DNA of 64,000 bases from the human T2T-CHM13v2.0 reference genome, Homo sapiens, in NCBI RefSeq assembly GCF_009914755.1, contig NC_060937.1, one strand, 5' to 3'. How positions within the stretch are numbered: the stretch's first letter is position 1; each line of letters begins with the position of its first letter. Positions 1 to 12,790 of the stretch are shown piece after piece. The notes beneath the pieces are model-generated. The model did no database searches, had not been told where the DNA came from, and saw nothing but the letters and a program-made list of their open reading frames with translations. Made by a program: the position numbers and the translations under genes.

Positions 1-4
1 CTTT

Positions 5-110
5 TAATTCCCACCACAACACTCTGAAGGAGGTATTACTATTACTCTTGGTTACTGATGAAGAAACTTGGCTTGGAAGAGTAACTTGTCATAGAGCTAG
101 TAAGCTATGG
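5..110. mobile_element. MIR fragment
   Basis: Degenerate MIR core (acaacactctgaaggaggtattact...gatgaagaaact...gtaacttgtc). Confidence 0.5.
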
Positions 111-1669
111 AGGCCATTTTAGACACCATGGCAGCCATTTTAGACATAGTGGCAGGGCAAATGGAAGAGATGATTGTGGGGCAGGGGAGGTTCAGCGTCT
201 CTAATCTTTTGGTTTGTATTCATACATACATATGTCCCTCATTTTGCAGCCCTAGTTAAGAGCAACCTTATTTTTCTGGAAAAATATCTGAAAGTGTGCC
301 AGATCACAAGGCAGCTGTCATAACTTCATGCATAAGACAAAAGAAGTGCTGAATTATGGGAAATTTCTCATCACCGTTACCTGTGGGATTCATGGGTTGT
401 ATTATAAACTTCAAGGCAGACAGCATTGCTGTGGCTTCCAGAATAGTCAGTGCACTAAAATTCTGCATAGAAGAAAATTGCATTATTAGGTACTAAATAC
501 ATGTTTATCACTAAATATAAAAATTTTTATCTCTAGCCTTGTTTGACAAATGAAAGCATATAAGAAGGAAATAAGAGTTAGTTTTTCTAGAATGAGTAGA
601 TTAAATGCAAGTGTAATACTTTCTATATGTTTGTTTGATGTAGACTCAAAGGTAGAATCACAACAGAAGCAATTAGAGTAATTATTAAGTCTGCATTTAC
701 TCCAAAAGCCCTAAGGAATATTACGTGTTCATTTGTCTGAGCCTGATATGCTTCCCGTTAAAATACATGCTGCCTCCAGAATCTTCTACCACTCTGTTCT
801 TTGGTGGTCGCCAGTTTGGGATAATATCTGTGCCTCAGGATTGTGTCTCACTGTGATGCTCTCTATAAAGCTACTTAAGGATACAATTCCAGGAAGCTAA
901 AGATAATACTCGAAAGTATCAATGCTCCTAGGATTATCTTCCTTAGCATTAATGATAACCGTGTATTCCCTTGAATTTTGTCCCAAGGTTAGAAGGCTGG
1001 AGGCAAAGCATTCTCAGTGAACAACTCAACTCTTCACTGTTTCTCCTCTCAGATCTCACAGAGCCAAATGCCTTCAGGATAGAGTAATTAAGTTGAGCCC
1101 ATTGCAATGGACCTTTATTATTATCTTCTAGAGCCCAAGCTCACTTCTGGGTTATCCTGTCTTAAAAATAAATGTAGATGAAAATACCCAATGCCACAGT
1201 GGGCTTTGATTTATTCTTAGCTTGTTGAGTTTTAATCATTTTATAGATATCTACAGGCTTCCATAATAATGGTAACTGTTTCCTCCATCTCGAATTGAGA
1301 AGGATGATGAATGATGTTCACTCTCAGTGGTCGGCAGATACTAAGTGTGCTAAGGCAAAGTCACACACTCTCACATTCCTACTCGTGTTCACACTACTAC
1401 TCTGTGATGAAACCGAAACTAGATTTATAATCTTTAATTTTATTTTTATTTACATAGGAAAGAAACCGATTCAGTAGCAGGTCAAATAGGGTCATTTGGG
1501 GATTCAACCAACTTATTCATTAATTAAAACACCTATCTATATGATATGTATGTGAAGACTACATGTATAGGACTTATGATCAAATTAAAGAGAAAAATAA
1601 GTAAGTATAGAAGCATCTTTGCAAAACAGTTTGTGCCACAGAAGAGTCAATGTTATCTTCCATGATGCA

Positions 1670-1865
1670 GCCTGGATTTCCAGTTCTTGCGCTTCCCAGT
1701 CTTGTGGCCTCAGGCAAGTTACTTAACCACCCTACATCCTGTTTTTCTCATGATAAGAGGGGATAAAACTGTACCTGTGTCACAGGGCTTTGAGAGGAAC
1801 CAATGAGATGCACCTGATGAACTTAGCACAGGGCCTTCACATAGCAAATACTCAAGAAATGGGAG
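1670..1865. mobile_element. MIR element
   Basis: ttgtggcctcaggcaagttacttaacc...cagggctttgagagga...cttagcacagggc...catagcaaatactcaagaaat resembles MIR consensus. Confidence 0.7.
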
Positions 1866-2247
1866 CTGTGGGCACTATTGAAGCAGCTTATATCAATGGC
1901 CAACTAGTACCCAAGCTAAGTAAAAGTTAAGCATAAGAATAGTCAGAAGAAAAACACCTTCTTTTTCTATTAAAAGAAGGAGAGCCTCCACAGGTTGAAT
2001 TAAAAAAAAGTTTAAAGGAATCCAATCATTTTTTTCCAGCTGTGGACTGCATAGTGTCACTGCTCTGCAAGGCAGCAATTCAGCCCCAGTGTCCTGACCC
2101 AGTCTCCATAACAGTTATTTGCAGACCAGCTGGCCAAATGCACCTGGAGAGAAACTCAGGTGCCCTGGCACATACCCTGGGGCTTCCCTATGCTGGTCTC
2201 ACTATGACCAGGAGACATGACTAGAAAGAGTAAAAAGAGGATGACAA

Positions 2248-2507
<260 letters not shown>

Positions 2508-3605
2508 TCATTGTAATCAAAGCAAGTTTCTAAGAATAAGACTTAGGTTTCCCTGCTGTTCTCCATACAAATATTCAAGAATGACGACAGCATATACACT
2601 TATTCTAGGTATTCTCAATGTAAATTTTTCATGGAAAAGGGAGGCTCAGACTGTGTGACCTAATAAGCACTACACTTGTCTCACAGGCAAACAAGCTTGA
2701 CAATTCAGGTTCACATAGCAGCTACCAGTACAGCCAATATTTTATTTTCTTCATATCCAAACTACAAGAAAATTAAATGCCTGTCTTTATCCAGTACCCT
2801 GAATTGACTGAACCTACAAAAGCATTTGAAATCATTAACAAACCTAGATTCTAGCAGGTACTAGAAGCAAAGTTGGCTGCCCCACATCAATAAACTCCAG
2901 GATTGAACAGTTGGTTGTTTTTGAGTTAATGAGTCCCTAGATGGCCCATTCCTGCATTAGGTGCCAAGCAGAGGGTTCACAAGCAGGCATCTCAGAAGCA
3001 GAGGTGTGCCCCCAGCTCTCAACGCACTTTTTACCTTCACCTCTAAAAACCTCTGGACACTACTAAATGACAATAGAAAAAAATCACCACCCAAAAGATC
3101 CTGGAAAGTCACAGCAGCTTCGAGGTCACATTCATCACCTTCACCAACACACACAGGGAGCGATGGAGATGGAAGTGCAGTGGGTGATTATAATTGTGCT
3201 CTGTCACGTGTTTAATGTGGCAAAACTGGAGAGTCCTGAGAAACTGAAGTAGAGTGTTGCAGCCTGGAGTGCAGTGATTGGGGGAATGGAGATAGGAATC
3301 TTTGGAGGAGAAATGTTGGGTCAGTTGTGAGTCTGAATGGCAGACTGGCTGTCCAGATGTGGCTTCTGGCCTATCCATCTGAAGGCTTGTGTGGCCTAAA
3401 GGATCTCTGTCATGTCCATAGGCCTTGCTTCCACTTTGTCTTTCAATACAAATGGATGAGCCAAGCAGCAAGGATTGATAGAGCACCTTTGACTTGGAGA
3501 GATCAAGAAAATGAAAAAGCATGAGAACAGTGCTGCCCTAAAGACAATAAGAAAGTGGGGAGTTTGGGCTTACACATATTAAGCATAACACAGACATTCA
3601 GTTGC

Positions 3606-3720
3606 AGGGGCCTGTGTCTGTAGTCCCAGCTACTTGAGAGGCTGAGGCAGGAGGATCGCTTGATTGCAGGAGTTACAGGCCAACTGGACAATATAGCAAG
3701 ACCTCCATCTCAAAAAAAAT
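3606..3720 (+). mobile_element. FLAM / Alu monomer
   Basis: tgtagtcccagctacttgagaggctgaggcaggaggatcgcttga...catctcaaaaaaaa; single monomer. Confidence 0.85.
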
Positions 3721-3789
3721 TTTTTAAGTATGACACAAAGGCACATGAGGACCTGATGGCTATAAACCAAAGCCCCAAAGGATGTCACA

Positions 3790-4742
<953 letters not shown>

Positions 4743-5128
4743 TGCTATAGTTTGAATGTGTCTCCCAAAAAGCATGTGTCAGAAACTTCATCCCCAATGC
4801 AACAGTGTTGAGAGGTGGAGCCTGATAAGTCATTAGGTCATAAAGCCTCTGCCCTCATGAGTGGGTTAATGCTGTTTTCTCAGGAGTGGGTGACTTATCA
4901 TGAGTGGGTTTGTCATAAAGTAGGTTCAGCCACCTCTTGTTCTCCTGCTGTTGTGCACTCTTGCCCTTCTGCCTTCTGCCTGAGATCATGCAGGAAGAAG
5001 TTCCTCACCAGATTCCAGCACCATGTTCCTGGACTTCCCAGCCTCCAGAACTGTAAGAAATAACTTACTTTTTTATATAAATTACTCAATCTCAGGTATT
5101 CTATTATAGTAAACCAAAATGGAGAGAC
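4743..5128 (+). mobile_element. MST-family LTR
   Basis: tgctatagtttgaatgtgtctccc start; ggacttcccagcctccagaactgtaagaaataa...ctcaggtattctattatag end. Confidence 0.85.
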
Positions 5129-5222
5129 TTTGGGTTTGAAACATGGACAAACTTCTGAAAGTGCGGCAAAAACTCTTTAAGATCCTATAGACTTTCATTA
5201 TTAGAAATTCAGAATTTGGTGG

Positions 5223-7434
5223 TGGTATGGTTTGGCTCTGTGTCCCCACCCAAATCTCATCTTGAATTGTAATCCCCACGTGGGAAGGAGGTGATTGGAT
5301 CATGGGGGAAGTTCCCCCCATGCTGTGATAGTAAGTAAATTCTCACAAGATCTGATGGTTTTATAAGTGTCTAGAAGTTCCTACATTGTCCTTCTCTCTC
5401 CTGCCACCTTGTGAAGAAGGTGCTTGCTTCCCCTTCGCCTTCTGCCATGATCATAAGTTTCCTGAGGCCTCCCCAGCCATGTAAAACTGTAAGTCAATCA
5501 AACCTCTTTCCTTTATAAATTACCCAGTCTCAGTTATTTCTTTATAGCAGTGTGAAAATGGAAAAATAAACTGGTACCGGTAGGTTGGTACTGGTATAAA
5601 GATACCCAAAAATGTGGAAGTGACTTTGGAACTGGTTGGAACAGTTTGGACAGCTCAGAAGAAGACAGGGGGTTGTGAGAAAGTTTGGAACTTCTTAGAG
5701 ATTTGTTGAATGTTTTTGACCAAATTGTTATTAGTGATATGGACAATGAAGTCCAGGCTAAGGTGGTCTCAGATGGAGATGAGAAACTTATTGGGAACTG
5801 GATCAAAGGTCACTCTTGCTTTAGCAAAGAGACAGGCAACCTTTTGCCCCTGCCCTAGAGATCTGTTGAACTTTGAACTTGAGAGAGATCGTCTGAAACT
5901 GGGACTTTTGTTTAAAAAGGAAGCAGGGCATGAAAGTTTGAAAAATTTGCAGCTTGATGATGTGGTAGAAAAGAAAAAATCATTTTCTGGGGAGAAATTC
6001 AAGCCAGCTGCAGAAATTTGCATAAGTTACAAGGACCTGAATGTTAATTACCAAGACAATGAGGAAAATGTCTCCAGGGCATGTCAGAGATCTTGATAGC
6101 AGCCCCTCCCATCCCATCACAGGCCCAGAGGACTAGGAGGACAAAATGGTTTTGTGGGCTGGGCCCAGGGCCCCCCTGCAGTATGCAGCGTTGGGACTTG
6201 GTGCCCTATGTTCCAGTTGCTCCAACCCCAGCCATGACTAAAAAGGGCCAAGGTACAGCTTGGGTGCTGCTTCAGAGGGTGCAAGTCCCAAGTCTTGGTG
6301 TCTTCCATGTGGTGTTGGACCTGTAGGTGCACAGAAGTCAAGAATTGAGGTTTGGGAACCTCCACCTAGATTTCAGAGGATATACAGAAATACCTGGATG
6401 TCTAGGCAGAATCCTGCTGCAATGGCAGAGCCCTCATGGAGAACCTCTGCTAGGGCAGTGAGGAAGGGAAATGTGGGGTTAGAGCACCCACACAGAATTC
6501 CCACTGGGGCACTGCCTAGTGGAGCTCTGAGAAGAGGGCCATCATCCTCCAGAACCCAGAGTGGTAGATCCACTGACAGCTTGCACCATGTGCTTGGAAA
6601 AGCCACAGATGCTCAACACCAGCCCATGAAAGCAGCCAGGAGGGGGGCTGCAAAGCCACAGAGGTGGAGCTGTCCATGGCTGTGGGAGCCCACTTCTTGC
6701 ATCAGTGTGACCTGGATGTGAGACATGGAGTTAAAGGAAATTATTTCAGAGCTTTAAGATTTGATGACTTCCCCACTGGATTTTGGATTTGCATGGGGTC
6801 TGTAGCCCCTTTGTTTTAGCCAATTTCTCCCATTTAGAATGGGAGCATTTATCCAATGCCTGTACTCCCACTGTATCTTGGAAGTAACTAACTTGCTTTG
6901 GATTTTACAGGCTCATAGGTGGAAGGGACTTGCCTTGTCTCAGATGAGACTTTGGACTTGGACTTTTGAGTTAAGCCAGAATGAGATAAGACTTTGGGGG
7001 ACTGTTGGGAAGTCATGACTGGTTTTGAAATTTATAAAGGACATGAGATTTAGGAGAGGCCAGGGACAGAATGATATGGTTTGGCTCTTTGTCCCCATCC
7101 AAATCCCATCTCCAATTATAATCCCCATATGTAGAAGGAGGGAAGTGATTTGATCATGGGGGAAGTTTCCCCCATGCTGTTCTCATGATAGTGAGCGAGT
7201 TCTCAGAGGAGCTGATGGTTTTAAAGTGTGGCACTTCCTCATTCATGTACTCACTCTCTCCTGCTGTCATGTGAGAAGGTCCAAGCTTGTGTCTCCTTAG
7301 CCTTCCACCAAGATTGTAAATTTCCTGAGGCCTCCCCAGCCATGCAGAACAGTGAGTCAATTAAACTTCTATTGTTTATAAATTACCCAGTCTCAGGTAG
7401 TATCTTTATAGCAGTGTAAGAACAGACTAATATA
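5223..7434 (+). mobile_element. Complete THE1 (THE1D-like) MaLR: 5' LTR ~5223-5562, internal ~5563-7071, 3' LTR 7072-7434
   Basis: Two homologous LTRs beginning tg(g/a)tatggtttggctct; typical THE1 internal; 5-bp TSD ggtgg (5218-5222) / ggtag (7435-7439). Confidence 0.93.
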
Positions 7435-7759
7435 GGTAGGATTTTTTTTTTGCCCATGGAAAATATATTTCTAATTTTTTGTCTGTCAATAAAAACCACA
7501 CTCTCTAGAAAGTCACTTTACATTTGAAAATGCCATTCCATACTACAGAGTTCTCTTTTCTTTCCTTATAGTCAATATTTCCATCCTTCCATGTGTTTTA
7601 TTATTTACTTACACACTGAAGCACCCCCATGTTAAGTGGGTTAGAAGAAACACACCCCACATAAGGGCATGACTGTTAACTGATTCCACTGTCTGTGTCA
7701 TGATATTCTTACTCAAAGGATCTGGGTTCACTGGTCTCTGCCAAGCAGTCCTGTTCTCC

Positions 7760-7955
7760 ATCCAGGCTGTCAACTGCATCACCTCAGCTTCATCTGTTCC
7801 CGTCCAGCCTGCCCCTAGTGATGTCTGCTCTGGTCCATCCTCCACACCCCTGGCACACTCATCTTCCTAAATCACTACTTTTGTTGTGTTAGCTCCTTCT
7901 TCACACAACTTCCAGGGCTCCACATTGCTTACAGAATAAAGCTCAAGTTTTTTTT
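7760..7955. mobile_element. L2 fragment
   Basis: atcttcctaaatcac...cttccagggctccacattgcttacagaataaagctcaa resembles L2 3' region. Confidence 0.5.
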
Positions 7956-8194
7956 TCACACCCGGGCACAACCTGGGCCACTTTTTCGAAAAGTTATCTC
8001 CTTGGCCTCTCTGAACACCGAGGCTGCCAATGTCTTCCCTCTCTCTGCTTTCTCTTGGGTGGGCTTTGTGAGGCCATGAGCGCCTTCCTCTTGTAAATGG
8101 CTGCTCTCTGTTACTAACCCTCCTTTCACCTCCTCCTTTAAATGTGAAGAGGAGGGGCTCCTAAACACTTGGTGTTGGGCCCACTTCCCACCCA

Positions 8195-8625
8195 TAGGAG
8201 TTTGCCAGAGTTGCTGTAATGGAATACCGCAGACCTGACCGCTTAGATGGCAGAAAGTTACTGTATTACAAGTTTATAAGCTAAAAGTGCAGGACCAGGA
8301 TGTCTGCAGGGTTGGTTCCCCCGAAGGCTGTGAGGAAAGAACCTGTTCCAGGCATCTGCACTTGGCTTGTGCATGGCTGTCATTTCCTGTCTCTCTTCAC
8401 ATTGTCTTTTCTCTATGTTGTCTGCTTTTGCATCCCAATCTTCTCTTTTGAGAAGGACACCAGTCATGGTGGACCAGGGGCCCCCCCCTACTCCAGTATG
8501 ACTTCATCTTAACTAATTACATCTGCATTGGCCCTATTTCCAAATAAAGCCACATTCTGAAGTGCTGAAGGTTAGGACTTCAACATGGGAATTTAAGGGG
8601 AGGGCACAAAATTGAACCCATAACA
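8195..8625 (-). mobile_element. MLT1 LTR (MLT1B/C/D-like)
   Basis: aaggacaccagtcat...tgacttcatcttaactaattacatctgca...ccctatttccaaataa...gttaggacttcaaca...aacccataaca. Confidence 0.85.
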
Positions 8626-8924
8626 CTCCCTACAACCCAAACTCAGGAACTACATTCCCAATAATTTTCAGAGCATTTCCCCACAAATGTTCTTCTGTCA
8701 CCATAGATTTAACATGTCTCAACAAAAGGCACTCTGTCCTGAAATCATCTCAGCCATTCCAACTGCTATTAATGGTACTTTGTTCTCTCTTTCAAGCTTT
8801 TCTCTGCTCAAGATCAATTGCTAATCTACTAAATATTCTTGCTTTTCACTTTTCCTCATATTTCAAACTCATCCTTTTCCTATCCCCTGAAATTAGGTCT
8901 TTCCATTCTCTGGCTTTCGAAATC

Positions 8925-9195
8925 AATTTCTGCTTCCTCCAGGAAGCCTTCAGGGCCTGTCCCACAGAAGACTGTCTCCCTCCGTGGAATCCTGAAACAT
9001 TCTGCACCTGCATCACATAGCTAGCTCTTGTCCTATTGCTTTGATTTCGTTACCTTTTCCTAGAGCTGTGTCTTCTCTCCCAGCTCTGTTGTAAGGTCTT
9101 GAGAGGAAGGACATGTCTAACATACCTTTATACGTCCCATAGCACTCAGCACCATGACCTGTACTCAGGAGGTACACAGTCATTATTTGCTAATG
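8925..9195. mobile_element. L2 3' fragment
   Basis: cttcctccaggaagccttc...tgtaaggtcttgagaggaaggacatgtct...cccatagcactcagcac. Confidence 0.55.
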
Positions 9196-9864
9196 GGGAT
9201 GATGGAGACAATGATGACACAGGATGGAGTGTTGGTGGAAGGGGAGATATTTGACCCACTGAATCCCACCAGAGGCAGAGGGTGGCTCTTCTGGGCTCTC
9301 TCTTCTCCTTCACTAACTTTCGTTATATTTCAACTCTTTAAATGCAGGTCTCTTAAGATGCCCACCTTTCTAATGATCAGCTGGTCATTTCCACGTTAAT
9401 GTTTCACCATCTGTAAATATGGCATGTCTAAAGCCAACTCTCCATCTTGGGTTTAATTCTGGGAGCTCATCCAAGTCTTTCTTCCCTCCTTCCTGTTGCA
9501 GGGCAAACACTCTCCAGCCCTGCTCCCTGAGACTCAGAAAGGGAATAAGGAGCCCACTGCTACAGCAGTGTAATGGTTTTCTTCTCCAAACTTGCCAGGG
9601 GACGAATGGCTTTTTTTCTACATATTTCCTTAAGCCTTTCATACCTGTGAGCAATAGCAGAAAACCAAGGGAATGAACAAAAAACACATATAGACCCAGT
9701 GGAAAGCCCAGGTTTCTGCTGAATAAGCTGAGTGCACCAGCTTGTCTTCTTTCTTTCTTTCTTTTTTTCTTGTTTCATGGGCCTCTGTTCTCTAAGCTTT
9801 CATCTTACATTGGCTACAAATACTCAGATCGTATTTGCTGAAGACTCCATAACCTTGAAGCTGG

Positions 9865-10040
9865 AGCCACGGGTTCTAGTGCTGACTCTGCCACTTGCCA
9901 GATGGGGAATCTGAGACAAGTCTGTGAATGCTTCTGATCCTAAATGTCCTTGTTCTGTGGTGAGGGTTTACGCTCTGCCTCCCGGAGTTATCGTGAGGAT
10001 CCAAGGAGATGTTCACACAGGCAGGATGAAGCACTGCTCA
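9865..10040. mobile_element. MIR
   Basis: gggttctagtgctgactctgccacttgc...gttatcgtgaggat. Confidence 0.55.
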
Positions 10041-10207
10041 GACACAACAGGCAGGGGGGCCAGCAGAAGAGTGAGTGAAGTGGGTGTTCCTGTAATGCTG
10101 GTTTTGAACCCAGGAACTTGTTCCAGGGCAATTGATAGATTAAGCAGAAGGTAAATGTGGTGTTTGCTTCTGTGTGATTTCCTCTGCAGGAAACATTAGA
10201 TGGATGT

Positions 10208-10333
10208 GAAAAACCGTATCCAGCTGAAAGAGCCACATAGGAGCATACAGAGCACACACACACACCCCCAAGGAAAACCACATCCAGCTAAAAGAGCCAC
10301 ATAGGAGCACACAGACCACACACACACCCCAGG
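10208..10333. repeat. Two-copy ~64-bp tandem duplication
   Basis: atccagct(g/a)aaagagccacataggagca...acacacacacccc occurs twice. Confidence 0.9.
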
Positions 10334-11745
10334 CCCACCGGCCTCTCCCTCATCACATGTTGCTGTGAGCTCACCCCCACCCCGCTTGACGTCACAGCTT
10401 TCTGATCGATTTCAATCCCTTCCACAAGTCAGGATGATGCGGGAGCTGCAACGTTCCACTGCCCCCTTTCATAGACAAGCATCAGGGCTTTCTTAAGGTG
10501 AAGAAGTCCCGTGTTAATTGTAGCATTTATGTATTTGTTAACCACGTAACATGGGAAGAACCGTGTTAACGTTTCATTAAGCTTCCACCTTTTTTAATGT
10601 GCCAGCGTTGAAGTTTCTGAGTATTGTTTTCTGAACCTCCTTCTCCATAAAGTACTGTGGTTTTCATCGCATGGCTTTGCACAGCACCATGGGTTTTAGA
10701 CACACATGTGCTACATTACAGCATTCAGGGTAAACCAGATCTGGTTCAACCATCATTTTGCGTGGCTGGAATATGGCAATGGTATGGCTGTCTTGTAGGA
10801 TACTGTGAGATGAAATCCAAAGGCACAGCAGTGTCTAACCCAGGATCTGACATACTGTGCTGCAGGCATTTGTTGGTCTTCCACACTCAGAGAGACTCTG
10901 TCCTCTGCTGGAAGGAGTCTCCTGCCTAGCCAGGGCACTATGTCTTGAACAATGTTTGCAGAAATCTGGGCTGGAGGCTGTCTTCAGTTGGGAAGATGTA
11001 GGAAGACTAAGCTGTAATCATTATGAGGGTGACTGTTGCAAAAGCAAACTTGTTTTTTCTGTTGTATGTATTTTTAGAGTTTGACTATATACATTTGAGG
11101 TCAGCTCAAAAGTCCAGTTATACAACAAATGAGTTGTTCTATAATGAATTAACTTAATTTCTACTAGTCAGCTTTTAAATATCAGGAAATATCCTAATAA
11201 AGTATGTGAATAAATCCAAAATCCATTGCTTCAGAGGAAAAATTGGTGTTACATTTACATCCAGCTTATCACAGATTTTCCTTTTTGTTAAATTATCCAA
11301 CTATTCATTCATGTGTTAATTCAACATATACTTATGTTGTATCTATTTCTGTGAAAAGTACAAGCTCAACACTATGGAAACACAGATGACTAATTTATGC
11401 AACTTATTTTCCAGGAACTTAAAATCAGAAGAGAACATATCAAAATAAAAATGACAGTAATATGAGATGACAAAGTTAAAGAGACCAGAAAGTGGCTCTG
11501 GGGAAGGAGAGGCCACGTTGGTTCCTAGGGTTAAGAGGGGTCGGCAGGCACATACTCCTTGTTGAGCTGTCACTCCAGATGCTGTCCGGAAGTGGCCGAT
11601 TTCATCGTAGGACTGTGACTAAACCCACTGGGGTTTAATCACGATTATAACTACAAGTATTATCCCTAAAATGTTTCTTCTGCATGTTTTTTCTGTTATA
11701 TACAAAGAGATTTATTTAAATTTACTAGGCAGATCACTCCAAAAA

Positions 11746-12130
11746 TTCCCCATATTCCTACAGGACTCTCCCCCATTCCCAAATTTCCACATGACATTCC
11801 TCGATTCCCCAACTCCCACGTGACTCCCCCCACTCCCCCGGCTCCCACAGGACCCTCCCCCATTCCCAAATTTCCACATGACATTCCTCGATTCCCCAAC
11901 TCCCACTTGACTCTCCCCACTTTCCATAATCCCACAGGACTCTCTCCATTCCCCATACTCCCACAGGACCCTCCTCATTCCCCACATTCCCACATGACTC
12001 TCCCTGTTTTCCAGACTCCCACCTGGCTTTGCCCCATGCTCCCCCATAGCTTTTCTTCTTCCACTCCTCATTCTTTCTCATGACTCTATTTCCCCATTCT
12101 GCAGACTCCCATATAACTCTCCACAGAGCA
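11746..12130. repeat. Degenerate C-rich minisatellite (~29-bp unit, 87-bp higher order)
   Basis: cagga(c)..tcccccattcccaaatttccacatgacattcctcgattccccaactcccac at 11761 and 11848, followed by decayed 29-mers. Confidence 0.85.
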
Positions 12131-12559
12131 GCAATTTTTCTCCTCTCCTCCCATTTCCTTCCAAATCTCTCACCTCATCAATTAGTAGCAGATCCTAGCT
12201 GTACATGCAGGAAATTTTGGTGCCTTTCCATTTAAATTCCAGTTGATTTGACGCCTGGGTTTGTACTGTTATTTTGTAGTACAAGCAACAGAGACAATTT
12301 AATTTCAGAGAATTTCATCCATAAGTGCCCCACATGCACTTCCTGCGCAGTCCCCAGTGAATAGTGTACATCCTCCCTCTTGAGTGAACACAGCAGCCAC
12401 CAAGGCAGCCCCGGAGGTGTCGGTGAGGATGCCCCAGCCACCGCATAGCAACTGCTAGGTTTCCAAGGGCAAATAGCTCCTTTCGATCCTAAGCAACTCG
12501 ATGAGAACATCAAAACATGCCTTGTCCAAGATCTCTAATACCCATTAGTGTTAGGGCCT

Positions 12560-12790
12560 GTTACCTCAATCATGAGTGACAGAGCCCTAATTATTAAGGT
12601 AATTAGAAGTTATAACACTGGCAATATTAAAGAGAGAACTTCTAGAGCCCATTAACAATGTTACTTTAAGTGATCTGGCTGTGAACTGTTCAAATCTCTA
12701 ATTACATTATACGTCTATCTTAAAGGGTGATGTAATTAACTGATGGGCAAGAGGATGAATGTATAGTAACTACTGTGTAACCGCTGTAAG
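12560..12790. promoter_or_regulatory. Candidate homeodomain-site-rich enhancer
   Basis: Four TAATTA, one TGACAG and one AACAATG in ~165 bp of non-repetitive DNA; motif evidence only. Confidence 0.3.

Noticed and set aside
112-155. gccattttagaca duplicated (YY1-like GCCATTTT)
   Set aside because: Simple 22-bp tandem slippage; too little evidence for function
5468-5481. PRDM9 hotspot motif in THE1 LTRs (also ~7331)
   Set aside because: The sequence is CCTCCCCAGCCAT, not the hotspot-associated CCTCCCTAGCCAC
5710-6721. 128- and 153-aa ORFs
   Set aside because: Fragments of the decayed THE1 internal ORF
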